Positions 9,223 through 18,454 of a stretch of 64,000 nt of DNA are shown piece after piece. This DNA is from Acidilobaceae archaeon. GTDB taxonomy: Archaea; Thermoproteota; Thermoprotei_A; Sulfolobales; Acidilobaceae. Within the stretch, counting starts at the first letter, position 1; each line of letters begins with the position of its first letter. The stretch is from positions 11,306 through 75,305 of the forward strand of contig JAWBBK010000006.1 of NCBI GenBank assembly GCA_038824665.1. Reading direction: 5' to 3'. Both the position numbers and the translations under genes were made by a program. A model generated the notes under the pieces. It was given only the letters and a program-made list of their open reading frames with translations. It did not search any database and was not told the DNA's origin.

Positions 9223-10338
9223 TTGGACATAGAGACGAGAATGAAGACGATAGTTAGAAACGCTGTCGAAATAGTCACGCTAGAAGAGCTGAGGTCTAAG
9301 CTAGAAAGCGGAGAGAAGCTCAAAGGATATATAGGCTATGAGCCTAGCGGTCTTGTTCATGTGGGTTGGCTAGTCTGGTTCTTCAAGGTCTGGGACTTGG
9401 TAGAGGCTGGAGTAGACTTTACAGTGCTAGAAGCCACATGGCATGCCTTCATAAACGACAAGCTCGGAGGAGATATGGACCTGATAAGAAAGGCTAGCAG
9501 ACTCACGCGCGAAGTTATGGAAGCTCTTGGGATCCCTGTAGACAAGATCAGGTTCGTAGATGCAGAAGAGCTAACCTCTGACCCGAACTACTGGGCTTTA
9601 GTTCTCGAGGTTATGAAAAACAACAGTCTAGCTAGGATTAAACGAAGCTTAACTATTATGGGTAGAAGAGTTGAAGAGGCTGAACTTGACGCCTCTAAGC
9701 TAGTTTATCCAGCTATGCAAGTCTCCGATATATATTATTTAGACTTAGACATAGCTTTAGGAGGAATGGATCAAAGAAAAGCACATATGCTAGCTAGAGA
9801 CACTGCTGAGAAGAAGAGACTTCAAGAGTTCTACGAACGTATTAGAGGCAAGAAGTTGAAGAAGCCTATAGCTATACATACACCTATAATAACGAGTCTT
9901 CAAGGACCTGGTTCAAGAATGGACGTATCTGAAACTGAGATAGACGAGATCTATTCAAGCGTTAAGATGAGTAAGTCGAAGCCCGACTCCGCGATCTTCG
10001 TTCATGACTCACCGGAAGCCATAGTTGAAAAGCTGAGAAAAGCCTACTGTCCTCCCAGACAGCTAGAATACAACCCAGTGATTGAGATAGCCAGTCACGT
10101 TCTAGGCGCACGAGGTCAACTAACGCTTAGGATAGAAAGACCTTCTAAATATGGAGGACCTTTAGAGATAACTAGCGTAGAGGAGCTGAAAGATGTCTAC
10201 TCGAGAGGTGAAATACATCCGCTAGATCTTAAGAACGCTGTATCTGAAGCTCTCATCAAGCTTCTCGAACCAGCTAGAAAGCTCCTAAAAAGCAGAGAGG
10301 ACTTAATCAGAGAAGTTGAGAGTCGCGTAACTAGATGA
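9223..10338 (+). CDS. tyrS: Tyrosine-tRNA ligase
   Basis: YIGYEPSGLVHVGW (HIGH), YPAMQVSD, GGMDQRKAHMLARD, KMSKS. Confidence 0.97.
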   Translation: MDIETRMKTIVRNAVEIVTLEELRSKLESGEKLKGYIGYEPSGLVHVGWLVWFFKVWDLVEAGVDFTVLEATWHAFINDKLGGDMDLIRKASRLTREVMEALGIPVDKIRFVDAEELTSDPNYWALVLEVMKNNSLARIKRSLTIMGRRVEEAELDASKLVYPAMQVSDIYYLDLDIALGGMDQRKAHMLARDTAEKKRLQEFYERIRGKKLKKPIAIHTPIITSLQGPGSRMDVSETEIDEIYSSVKMSKSKPDSAIFVHDSPEAIVEKLRKAYCPPRQLEYNPVIEIASHVLGARGQLTLRIERPSKYGGPLEITSVEELKDVYSRGEIHPLDLKNAVSEALIKLLEPARKLLKSREDLIREVESRVTR

Positions 10339-10384
10339 GTTCTGGAAGCGGTTTCTAAAACATATCCTCCTTAGGTGTAACGTT

Positions 10385-11536
10385 GTGAGATTCTCTGAGA
10401 TATATAGAGAGATCTCTCCCATTGCTTTAGTGCTCTTCATAAATGAAGTAGCGACAGCAACTTACTTCTTTAGCTCAAGAGCTTTCATACGAGTTCTCAT
10501 GGGTGAAGATGTCTACAGATACGTGATCCTTCTTATAAGCTTTGAGAGCATCGCTAACCTTTTTGCTCTTTTAGGAGGAGTTCTAGGAGATCTTTACGGT
10601 CGTAGAATCATAGCGTTGCTTTCAGGTCTCAGAGCTCTCACATACTTCTCTATACCTTTAGCTATTACGTATGACCTAAAGCTAACTTTCGCTTTATTTT
10701 TTGTGAGCAAAGTCTTTGATGGATTGTTCTTCTCAAATGCGTTGGGAACTCTTCTATCCAGGTCTAAAGGTTCAGGAAGACTTTATGCTACGTCTTCTAC
10801 AATCTTTCCTATTGCTTGGAGCATCGGGTCTCTGGTTCCAGGACTCTTAGAACCTCGAGGAGGTTATACTCTCATCTTTACTTTCATAGGGGTCGCTACC
10901 TTATTCGCATCGTTGTTTTTAGCTGTAGTAGGTAAAGAGAGCAAGAGAGCCAAACACGAAGACCTTGTTAAAGCCTTCTCTATGTTGCCTAGGACTTTCT
11001 TAATGGGCGTTATTATAGCAGAAGCTGGATTAGTGCTTTATTGGAACCTCCTCTCAATAAAACTTTACGAAACTACAGGAAGTTTGCTTCTCTTCGGTCT
11101 CATAGGAGGCACATTGACCACTATGGCTTCTGTCTTGGTTTATCCTCTAGCTGGAATCATAGTCGATAAGATCCATCCGTCGAGATTCTTAGGAGTAGTA
11201 TACATCGCTTACCTGACCTATGGATTAATGATGTACTTTTTCAGCGGTCTTCTATTCGCGATCTTGTGGGTCCTGCCCCTCTATCCCTTCAAAGTCGTAG
11301 CGTTGACTGTGACTCTTAGCAGAACTCTTCCAAAGACATTTCAGAACACAGCCGCTGGCATCACATCTCTAATCTACGGTCTCTCTGGCCTCATTTATTC
11401 TTTGTTTTATTTTGTTGACCTTGACCTTTTTGAAGTGCTTTCTTTATATGTATTTGCGCTGACTATTGGAGCCTTAGCAATTATAAAGGCTAACTTTAGA
11501 ATGTTGTCACCTAAAGCTGAAGAGACTAGCTACTAG
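10385..11536 (+). CDS. MFS transporter
   Basis: About 12 hydrophobic segments; motif A GVLGDLYGRR and repeat GIIVDKI. Confidence 0.85.
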   Translation: MRFSEIYREISPIALVLFINEVATATYFFSSRAFIRVLMGEDVYRYVILLISFESIANLFALLGGVLGDLYGRRIIALLSGLRALTYFSIPLAITYDLKLTFALFFVSKVFDGLFFSNALGTLLSRSKGSGRLYATSSTIFPIAWSIGSLVPGLLEPRGGYTLIFTFIGVATLFASLFLAVVGKESKRAKHEDLVKAFSMLPRTFLMGVIIAEAGLVLYWNLLSIKLYETTGSLLLFGLIGGTLTTMASVLVYPLAGIIVDKIHPSRFLGVVYIAYLTYGLMMYFFSGLLFAILWVLPLYPFKVVALTVTLSRTLPKTFQNTAAGITSLIYGLSGLIYSLFYFVDLDLFEVLSLYVFALTIGALAIIKANFRMLSPKAEETSY

Positions 11537-12644
11537 AAGTTAGTCTTCTATATTTTTCTTCAGCATCACGCACAAGGTCTTCATTAGAAAGTCCACCATA
11601 CCTAGACAGCTCGTAGTCTAATGTCAGGTCTCTAAAAGCCTGAGCTTTCTCTCTTAAGTCTTTCTCTGTGATCAATAAAAACTCTCTATGTGTCATGCTG
11701 TCTTCCATAATCCTATTTGTCCTCTTTTCTACAAAGTCTACAGCTTTCCAGTAAAGCCCCATCACCCCGCCCTGTTTAGACGCAATCGACTTCCAAGATC
11801 GTTCGATTCTCTGTGTCTCCAACGTTGTCACACCGCTTAACAATACTTTCAAAAGCGGATAGCTGAAGACCAACAGAGCGCTAGCAAAAAGAAGAGGTGC
11901 AATAACGCCAAGAGAGGGAAGTTGAGTCAACATATCGAAACTGATACCGGCTTGAGGTAGTTGTGGACTCGGTAGACCCAACGGTTTTTCTGAAGTGTCG
12001 ACTAGACTCCAGTTTTCCGTAGCGGTGAGAGAGTTATACAAGAGTTCTTTCGCCATCTGTACGAGCGTTTTGGCTTGCTCTGACGAGATTTCATTAAGTA
12101 GAGAGCTGTATCCAGCGTTCTCTGCGTATCTTTTAAGAACCTCTAGCACGAGCTGATAGTCAGTGATCTTAAGTTTATCCTCATAAAAGGATTGACGAGC
12201 TTGTTCTAAAAGGTTCTTTAGCTTTAAGATATCGAGAACACCTTCAAAATTGATCTCTTTTAAGATCTCAGCCCACTCTTTATTCTCTATAGAGTTTATA
12301 AGGTCTTCAATAGAAGCCTCAGATAAATGTGAATAGCTTAGATTGTATTGCGCTAAAAGCTCTTCTAAAGCTATTCTAGCCTTGGGGTCTTCAGCTAGGC
12401 ACTCTACGGAGCTACAGTTTTCATGAACAAGCTCTAGGAATCTCTTTAAGTCCTCTTCGCTCCAACCTTTCCCTTGATTTTGTAAAATATCATTAAGATA
12501 ATAGAGTAGAGCCTCTAAGTAGTTTATCTTTTGAGGAAAACCGAGAGTGTGTAGCTTCGTAGCTATCAGACCTTCTTCACTAGCCAAGACTACTTGAGCT
12601 AAAAAAGCAATAGTTATGATGATTATAATTATGAGTTTTCTCAT
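11526..12644 (-). CDS. Signal-peptide/membrane protein with C-terminal DUF4129-like domain
   Basis: N-terminal signal MRKLIIIIIITIAFLAQVVLA, one internal TM, C-terminal SMTHREF...LTLDYELSRYG. Confidence 0.75.
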   Translation of the reverse strand: MRKLIIIIIITIAFLAQVVLASEEGLIATKLHTLGFPQKINYLEALLYYLNDILQNQGKGWSEEDLKRFLELVHENCSSVECLAEDPKARIALEELLAQYNLSYSHLSEASIEDLINSIENKEWAEILKEINFEGVLDILKLKNLLEQARQSFYEDKLKITDYQLVLEVLKRYAENAGYSSLLNEISSEQAKTLVQMAKELLYNSLTATENWSLVDTSEKPLGLPSPQLPQAGISFDMLTQLPSLGVIAPLLFASALLVFSYPLLKVLLSGVTTLETQRIERSWKSIASKQGGVMGLYWKAVDFVEKRTNRIMEDSMTHREFLLITEKDLREKAQAFRDLTLDYELSRYGGLSNEDLVRDAEEKYRRLTSSS

Positions 12645-13762
12645 GGAACTGCACCTATTACTTTCAAGATTCCTTCAATTAATCTAAAGAAGAAAGAATA
12701 GTCGTCTATAACTTTTCTCAGAACATCGTTCAGCCTCGATAGCTCCAAAAAACCTGAGCTAGGGTCCCAATATCCTATAAAGTATGCAACTACATAAAAC
12801 GATAGGATCAAAGCGAGTCCCGCTAACACCATAAAGAGAGAAGGCTCTTCGTTCCAGCTCATTTTTAATATCTGAGAAGTTAAAAGCCAGAACAAAGAGA
12901 AGGTAGCGTATGCAATTACCATCGATACTAAGAACTGAGAGAAAGGACTCAACTCTAAGGTCTGCACTTTTTCAAACAAGAGCTTGTTAAACAGGAGATA
13001 GAATGGAGGAGTCAAAAGTAAAGCCGCCATAGCGCTTCTCAGCGAAGCTAGAGGGGGTCTTAGTTGTACTTCTTCGCCTGACTTTTCCAAGAACAACAAG
13101 GAGAGCATCCTCGAAGGTTTGATGAAAAGAGCTAAAACCTCTATCACTCTGAACGTTGCAATATATGTAAGGACTAAGAAAACGCTTATAGTGATCAACC
13201 TGAAAAGAGGATTAATCGATGCAAACTCAATTAGTGGAGTCAGAGACGGCTCAGCTATCGACTCTGTCGCTCTCTCTAGAACGAGAGTCGCTCTCCATAA
13301 AAATGTACCCAGAAGTATCGATAAACATATGAACACTAAAACAAGCATAACAAACGAAACTATGAAAGAAACCTGTTTATGTATTTTTAAAGATTTGTAA
13401 AAACCAGGTCTCCAAGAGGTCTCAAGAGAACTAAAGATGCTAATAATCGGTAAAGGAGCTATTGTTATCAAAGACAAATCGAGGTCAGAAGCTACAGTGA
13501 GAACAACAGAAAAGGCGTGTAGCAGAGGATTTAGAAAAGCCAAAGCCAGAAGTACAAGAGTCAGAGAAACTAATGGGATCGTCTTGATTACAACATTAAA
13601 AAGTAATCCCACATCGTTATTTAAAACTGCATTGTAGACCTCATTGAAAACAGTAAGAGAAGGAGCTTCGGATACGAGTTTTAGTAAGAAGTCTATTGAA
13701 ATGATTGTTGCAGCTAGTCTGAAGAATATTTTGAGCTTTAAGTCAGCTGCCACTCTAGACAC
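12641..13762 (-). CDS. Polytopic membrane protein of the MoxR operon, function unknown
   Basis: Many hydrophobic helices; overlaps both neighbouring genes. Confidence 0.7.
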   Translation of the reverse strand: MSRVAADLKLKIFFRLAATIISIDFLLKLVSEAPSLTVFNEVYNAVLNNDVGLLFNVVIKTIPLVSLTLVLLALAFLNPLLHAFSVVLTVASDLDLSLITIAPLPIISIFSSLETSWRPGFYKSLKIHKQVSFIVSFVMLVLVFICLSILLGTFLWRATLVLERATESIAEPSLTPLIEFASINPLFRLITISVFLVLTYIATFRVIEVLALFIKPSRMLSLLFLEKSGEEVQLRPPLASLRSAMAALLLTPPFYLLFNKLLFEKVQTLELSPFSQFLVSMVIAYATFSLFWLLTSQILKMSWNEEPSLFMVLAGLALILSFYVVAYFIGYWDPSSGFLELSRLNDVLRKVIDDYSFFFRLIEGILKVIGAVP

Positions 13763-15104
13763 CTCTTTGTGCTTCTAACTTCATTAAGATCTTTGTGGCC
13801 ATGTCTCGAGGCGTTACTACGACCGCTCTAAACCCTCTTTTTCTGAGGTCCTTCGTTTTAGAGAACGCTTCCCGTATCTCCTGGTAGGTTCTCACTCTAT
13901 AGACTGCTCTTTCGAACTCCGATAGCTCTTCTACGCCATACAGATGAGGAAGAAATACAAAAAAGTTTAGAGAGACCCCCCGAATGTTAGATAGACCTTT
14001 GAGAGCTTCTGCTGCTACGTCTGCTATTCTTGCTGTAGTCACTACTATAACGTTAACCTTATCTCTGGGTAGGATTTTCGACAACCTCTTCTCTAAAGCA
14101 AAAAGTCGCGAACGGAGCTGTTCTGAAGATTCTCGAATCTTGAAGTCTTGAAAGTCTATTTCAGAGAGCAACCGCATTAGTTCAACAAAGCCTTTTCTCC
14201 CAGGATAGAAGTTTGAAACCATTTCTCTTTTGGGAGTAGATACGGCTAAGGCAATATTGTCGTTATTGTTAGCCAGATGTCTGACTATAGAGCCCAACAC
14301 ACGCATCGAGTGTTCGAGAGGGGTATTGAGATATGGGCCGTAGATCATGTCTTCACATGTTATAAGCACGAAGAGAGCATACAGACTTGACTCTCTTTCA
14401 TATTCTTTTACTATAAGTTTTCCTTTAGTCAGAGCGTGCCAAAGGATCCTTCTAAGTTCATCTCCTGGAGAATAGTTTCTTACAGAATAAAACTCAACAC
14501 CTTCTCCAGGACGTCTAGTTCTGGTCAGACCTGTACTTCTTGAAGTAGAGAGAACGACTTTTGAGATCTTTTGTTCAATGCGAGGAGTTATCTTAATGAC
14601 TATGGGGTCTCCGAGAGTTATTTCAGAACTTCTAAAGAATCCGAACGGATCTCTATAAGTTGCTCTCAAAGGACCTAAGACGTGTGAGCCGGGCCTGCTC
14701 TCGAATTCTGCTTTGTACTCAAAACATCCTCTCGGCGAGATCACGGACAACCCTCCAGGAGCCCCTTTTATAGATAAATGTTCTGGATATGAAAGCGAGA
14801 ACTCGACTAAGGCTATAGGTAAGAGTGAACCGTTACACACTAAATAGTTTAATCGTAAAGGTTTTCCTTCTTCGCTTCCCTCGGCTCTAACAGAAACTTT
14901 ACAACTAGCAAGCATTAAAGCAGCGATAAGACTGTAAGCTCTTAGGACTAAAACAAAGACTACTATCGAAAAGCCCACCCACCCTAAAGACGATATTTTA
15001 AAGACATCAAGCACTATAAAGTATGAGGCTATAATCAAAGGCGCTAACACTCTGTTAGTAGAGAAGACTACAGCCTCGTTACTGCTCGGTAGAGTTGTGT
15101 TCAT
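13755..15104 (-). CDS. DUF58 domain protein (MoxR partner, vWA-like)
   Basis: DPFGFF and GEGVEFYSVRNYSPGDELRRILW...KLIVKEYERE; two N-terminal TM helices. Confidence 0.88.
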   Translation of the reverse strand: MNTTLPSSNEAVVFSTNRVLAPLIIASYFIVLDVFKISSLGWVGFSIVVFVLVLRAYSLIAALMLASCKVSVRAEGSEEGKPLRLNYLVCNGSLLPIALVEFSLSYPEHLSIKGAPGGLSVISPRGCFEYKAEFESRPGSHVLGPLRATYRDPFGFFRSSEITLGDPIVIKITPRIEQKISKVVLSTSRSTGLTRTRRPGEGVEFYSVRNYSPGDELRRILWHALTKGKLIVKEYERESSLYALFVLITCEDMIYGPYLNTPLEHSMRVLGSIVRHLANNNDNIALAVSTPKREMVSNFYPGRKGFVELMRLLSEIDFQDFKIRESSEQLRSRLFALEKRLSKILPRDKVNVIVVTTARIADVAAEALKGLSNIRGVSLNFFVFLPHLYGVEELSEFERAVYRVRTYQEIREAFSKTKDLRKRGFRAVVVTPRDMATKILMKLEAQRGV

Positions 15105-16471
15105 AGACGTCTCTCCTCTAAGCCTTCAAGCTTCTTTAACGACGTTCCGAGAACTTTGAGAACTTCTTCACTTTGGGCGAGCGCCTTCTTAACAATTCTT
15201 CCCCAAAGTACTACGGGTGGCCAAAACCTCCTGCCCCTTGCTCTATCGTAGTATCTATTCATGAACTCCCAATAGCTTTTAGCGTAGTTTCTCTCTACTC
15301 CATGGGATTCGAGAACAGAAATAGCCTCTAGAGATGTCAGAGACGTTCCAGTAACGGATTTTAAAACAGAATCCACTATTGTATAGAGCTGAATAAAATC
15401 CTCTTTGTCCAAGCTTTTCTCTCGTATTGTCTTCCTAAACACTTCATAACCGTACCACTTGACCTCTCTAACGTCTTTAAGTGGCTCGTCTCTGACCTTC
15501 TCTTCGTAGAGAGCTAAGATTAGCGCAAACCCTAACGACAAGCCTACTAGAAAGAGAGTTCTCATGAAATCCAAGCTGAATAGCGTAACAATAACTCTAT
15601 CTATAAAGTTTAAAAGAGGTGGAAGCCATGTTGATGGATGTAAAACTATCGAGATCAGAGATATCATCAAGTTGAGTGGATCAAACAACTGAATCATTTC
15701 TAAGAAACTTTCGTCTTCTTGAGCCAAGGCAGACAAAATGCTTAACGGATTTACCTGCTGATATTTTGATGCCTCTAAAAGCACTATGCAATCTCTTTCA
15801 CAAAGGCCCTCTACTGTTGCTCTAGCAAAGCCGATATACACATCAGAATGATTAGACCTAAAAACCTGATTAAGGAATATCGAGCCGTCTCCTATCACGA
15901 AAGCTGAAACCCTTCCTTTATCCTCATATGCATAGAACGTATCATTCTCTATCTTAGAAAATACCTTTGAGGGATTGTCGAGAATTAACGTTCCTTTCCA
16001 GCCCCAAGGAGTCTCGATGTAAACAGGTACGTGATCCTGGATTATGGATCCCTCAATTCTGACCGCTAGTCCGAAAGTCTCAAGTACCGCATTAGTGTTT
16101 CCCGTTTCATCAGCTATGAGAAGAGCCAGTTTTTGACATCTATCGAAAAACTTCCTTACGTGAAACAATTCGCTTTCGCTGTAGCTTAGCTCAGGAGACA
16201 CTATTACTATCAGAACTTTATCGCATTTATCCACGATGTCTGCGATCATTTTCCAATCATATACGAGAAAGACTTGACGATCTTCAGACAACAATTTATA
16301 GAAATCACTAAGACCTAAAGGACCTTCGTTTAGAGGATGAGCACCTGGAGCTAAAGGAAGTATATAGGGTCCTTTCTCAAGTAATGCTATTAGGGTTATG
16401 AGTAGGAGAGCTAAAAGTAGCTTTGTGGAAAGAAGAGAAAAAGTTGGAAGTGCTATTTTATCTTTACTCGT
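15101..16471 (-). CDS. DUF4350-like membrane-anchored protein; start probably non-canonical (ACG 16471 or ATA 16456)
   Basis: Open frame upstream of TTG 16294 encodes TM LLSTKLLLALLLITLIALL and HPLNEGPLGLSDF; internal LLIADETGNTN and IGDGSIFLNQ. Confidence 0.72.
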   Translation of the reverse strand, partial: TSKDKIALPTFSLLSTKLLLALLLITLIALLEKGPYILPLAPGAHPLNEGPLGLSDFYKLLSEDRQVFLVYDWKMIADIVDKCDKVLIVIVSPELSYSESELFHVRKFFDRCQKLALLIADETGNTNAVLETFGLAVRIEGSIIQDHVPVYIETPWGWKGTLILDNPSKVFSKIENDTFYAYEDKGRVSAFVIGDGSIFLNQVFRSNHSDVYIGFARATVEGLCERDCIVLLEASKYQQVNPLSILSALAQEDESFLEMIQLFDPLNLMISLISIVLHPSTWLPPLLNFIDRVIVTLFSLDFMRTLFLVGLSLGFALILALYEEKVRDEPLKDVREVKWYGYEVFRKTIREKSLDKEDFIQLYTIVDSVLKSVTGTSLTSLEAISVLESHGVERNYAKSYWEFMNRYYDRARGRRFWPPVVLWGRIVKKALAQSEEVLKVLGTSLKKLEGLEERRL

Positions 16472-16754
16472 AGTCCCACCTCAACTCTTGGTCTTCTTCT
16501 TTTCCTCCATCTTCACTCTTCAAAGAAGCTCCATAGATGTATGCTGAAAGCCTCAAGACATAAAGCGCTCCTGAAAACAGAGTGAAACCTGTTATTGCAG
16601 AAAGTAAAGAAGTCGCTACGTATCCTCGCTCCATGTAGCTCAAAGACCAGAGTAAAAATATAAGTGAGACAACGAGAAGAGCTAGCCCCAAACCCAGGTA
16701 TATGGCCCATCTGAGCGATTCTCTCCTGAATTCGCGCACGATCACCGCCCTCAC
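16464..16754 (-). CDS. Small two-TM membrane protein of the MoxR operon
   Basis: Two hydrophobic helices; overlaps the moxR stop. Confidence 0.7.
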   Translation of the reverse strand: MRAVIVREFRRESLRWAIYLGLGLALLVVSLIFLLWSLSYMERGYVATSLLSAITGFTLFSGALYVLRLSAYIYGASLKSEDGGKEEDQELRWDYE

Positions 16755-17680
16755 GGTCTAGGTAAAGGAACTTTCGCTAAGATGTCCTTGACTACAGACT
16801 CTGCGCGAATTCCCTCTAGCTCGTACTCTGGTTTAAGCACTATCCTATGCGATAACGTTGAAATCGCTACTGCTTTCACGTCGTCAGGTATGACATAAGA
16901 CCTACCCTCTAGGTAGGCCCAAGCTCTAGCTAGCTTGAGCGTGGCTATACCTGCTCGGGGAGAACCTCCCAACTTTACAGCCGGATGTTTTCTGCTCTCC
17001 TCTACGATTCGTGATATGTACTCTAGTATTGAATCGTCAACTCTGATCGCCGAGACCTCTTTCATTGCTTCAAGTATGAAGTCTCTGCTTATGATAGGTC
17101 TAATGTTTTTGATACCTTCCTCTATCTCATCTATTCTTTTCATGATCTCTATGAACCCTTTAGTGGATGGATAGTCTATATAGATTCTAGCCATGAATCT
17201 GTCTAACTGAGCTTCGGGAAGTGGGAAAACGCCTTCAAATTCTATCGGGTTCTGTGTAGCTATCACCATGAAAGGTTCAGGAAGGGGGAAACTCACACCT
17301 TCTATGGTTACCTGTCTTTCTTGCATGGCCTCTAAAAGAGCCGATTGAGTTCTCGGAGACGCTCTATTGATTTCATCCACAAGAACTACGTTAGTGAATA
17401 TAGGACCAAGCCTTAGTTTGAACTCTCCGCTCTTCTGGTCATAGATGTAACCTCCAATTATATCATACGGAAGGAGGTCAGGAGTCATTTGAATTCGTCT
17501 AAAGTCTAGGTCTAGAAGTCTCGTTACAACCTTGGCAGTCGCTGTCTTCGCTATTCCTGGAACTCCTTCTAGCAGAACGTGTCCTCTCGCTAGAAGAGTA
17601 GCAACAATGAATTTTATCTCGTTTTCTCTCTCGATGAGAACCTTTGTGGCTTCACGCATAATTGACTCAAGAACTTTCAA
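16751..17680 (-). CDS. moxR: MoxR-family AAA+ ATPase
   Basis: GHVLLEGVPGIAKT, RIQMTPDLLPYD, DEINRASPRTQSALLEAMQE, ATQNPIE, PLPEAQLDRF; TTG 17680 preferred over the ORF-track start. Confidence 0.95.
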   Translation of the reverse strand: MKVLESIMREATKVLIERENEIKFIVATLLARGHVLLEGVPGIAKTATAKVVTRLLDLDFRRIQMTPDLLPYDIIGGYIYDQKSGEFKLRLGPIFTNVVLVDEINRASPRTQSALLEAMQERQVTIEGVSFPLPEPFMVIATQNPIEFEGVFPLPEAQLDRFMARIYIDYPSTKGFIEIMKRIDEIEEGIKNIRPIISRDFILEAMKEVSAIRVDDSILEYISRIVEESRKHPAVKLGGSPRAGIATLKLARAWAYLEGRSYVIPDDVKAVAISTLSHRIVLKPEYELEGIRAESVVKDILAKVPLPRP

Positions 17681-17856
17681 TAGAGAGTTCCCAAACATAG
17701 AAGAAAATAGGAGGAGTTTTAAATGTAGTAGCGGAAGGCTCATAAGAGACTTTATACTAGATATTTTATACTCCTTGTAGCTCAATAAACAAAGAGCGAA
17801 GGTCTCTTCAAACCCTAATGGTCTAATATAAGAGCAATGAAACAAAAAGTAATGAA

Positions 17857-18342
17857 TTACTTCCTCTCTGCAAGCATTCTATCGAGCATCAGAAGTCCCG
17901 CTATATTGTTTCCAATCATTTCAGCCTTAGCTAACAACTCCATAGCTTGCTTCTCTTCCTCTACCTGCTCGTTGATGAACCACTGTAAAAAAGTCTCTGT
18001 AGCTTTGTCACCTACGCTTCTTGCTAAGTCAACTAGCCTCCATATTCTTTGAGTGTTGCTGACCTCAGCCTCATAAAAATCTTTGATAGCCTCTAAAACG
18101 CTGTTCCAGTTTTTCTTCTCCAGAATAACGTCGTATAGTTCGACCTTTTGGCCTCTATCTATAACGTGTTCATATATTTTGAGAGCGTGCTCTAGCTCTT
18201 CTTTAGCCTGCATTTTAAAATAATGAGCAAAGCCGCTGAGCGAAATGCTATCAAAGTATGCTGCCATCGATAAGTATAGATACGCATTACGTAGCTCTTG
18301 ATTTAGCTGTTTATTGAGAGCACTTAGAAGCTCAACGTTCAA
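17857..18342 (-). CDS. ftnA: Non-heme ferritin
   Basis: QLNQELRNAYLYLSMAAYF, EELEHALK, FLQWFINEQVEEE ferroxidase motifs. Confidence 0.95.
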   Translation of the reverse strand: MNVELLSALNKQLNQELRNAYLYLSMAAYFDSISLSGFAHYFKMQAKEELEHALKIYEHVIDRGQKVELYDVILEKKNWNSVLEAIKDFYEAEVSNTQRIWRLVDLARSVGDKATETFLQWFINEQVEEEKQAMELLAKAEMIGNNIAGLLMLDRMLAERK

Positions 18343-18454
18343 AGTCTACACCATACTCTACGTTAAACTTCTCCAGAGAATATATAGGAAAGGAATTTTT
18401 CTAAAGAAGTGAATAAAACGCATTAGAAAAGACAGTCTTTGTTCTAGTTCAGGT

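Noticed and set aside
17681-17845. Long N-terminal extension of MoxR in the ORF track
   Set aside because: Not protein-like and spans a TATA-like TTTAAAA at about 17717-17723; TTG 17680 gives the usual MoxR length
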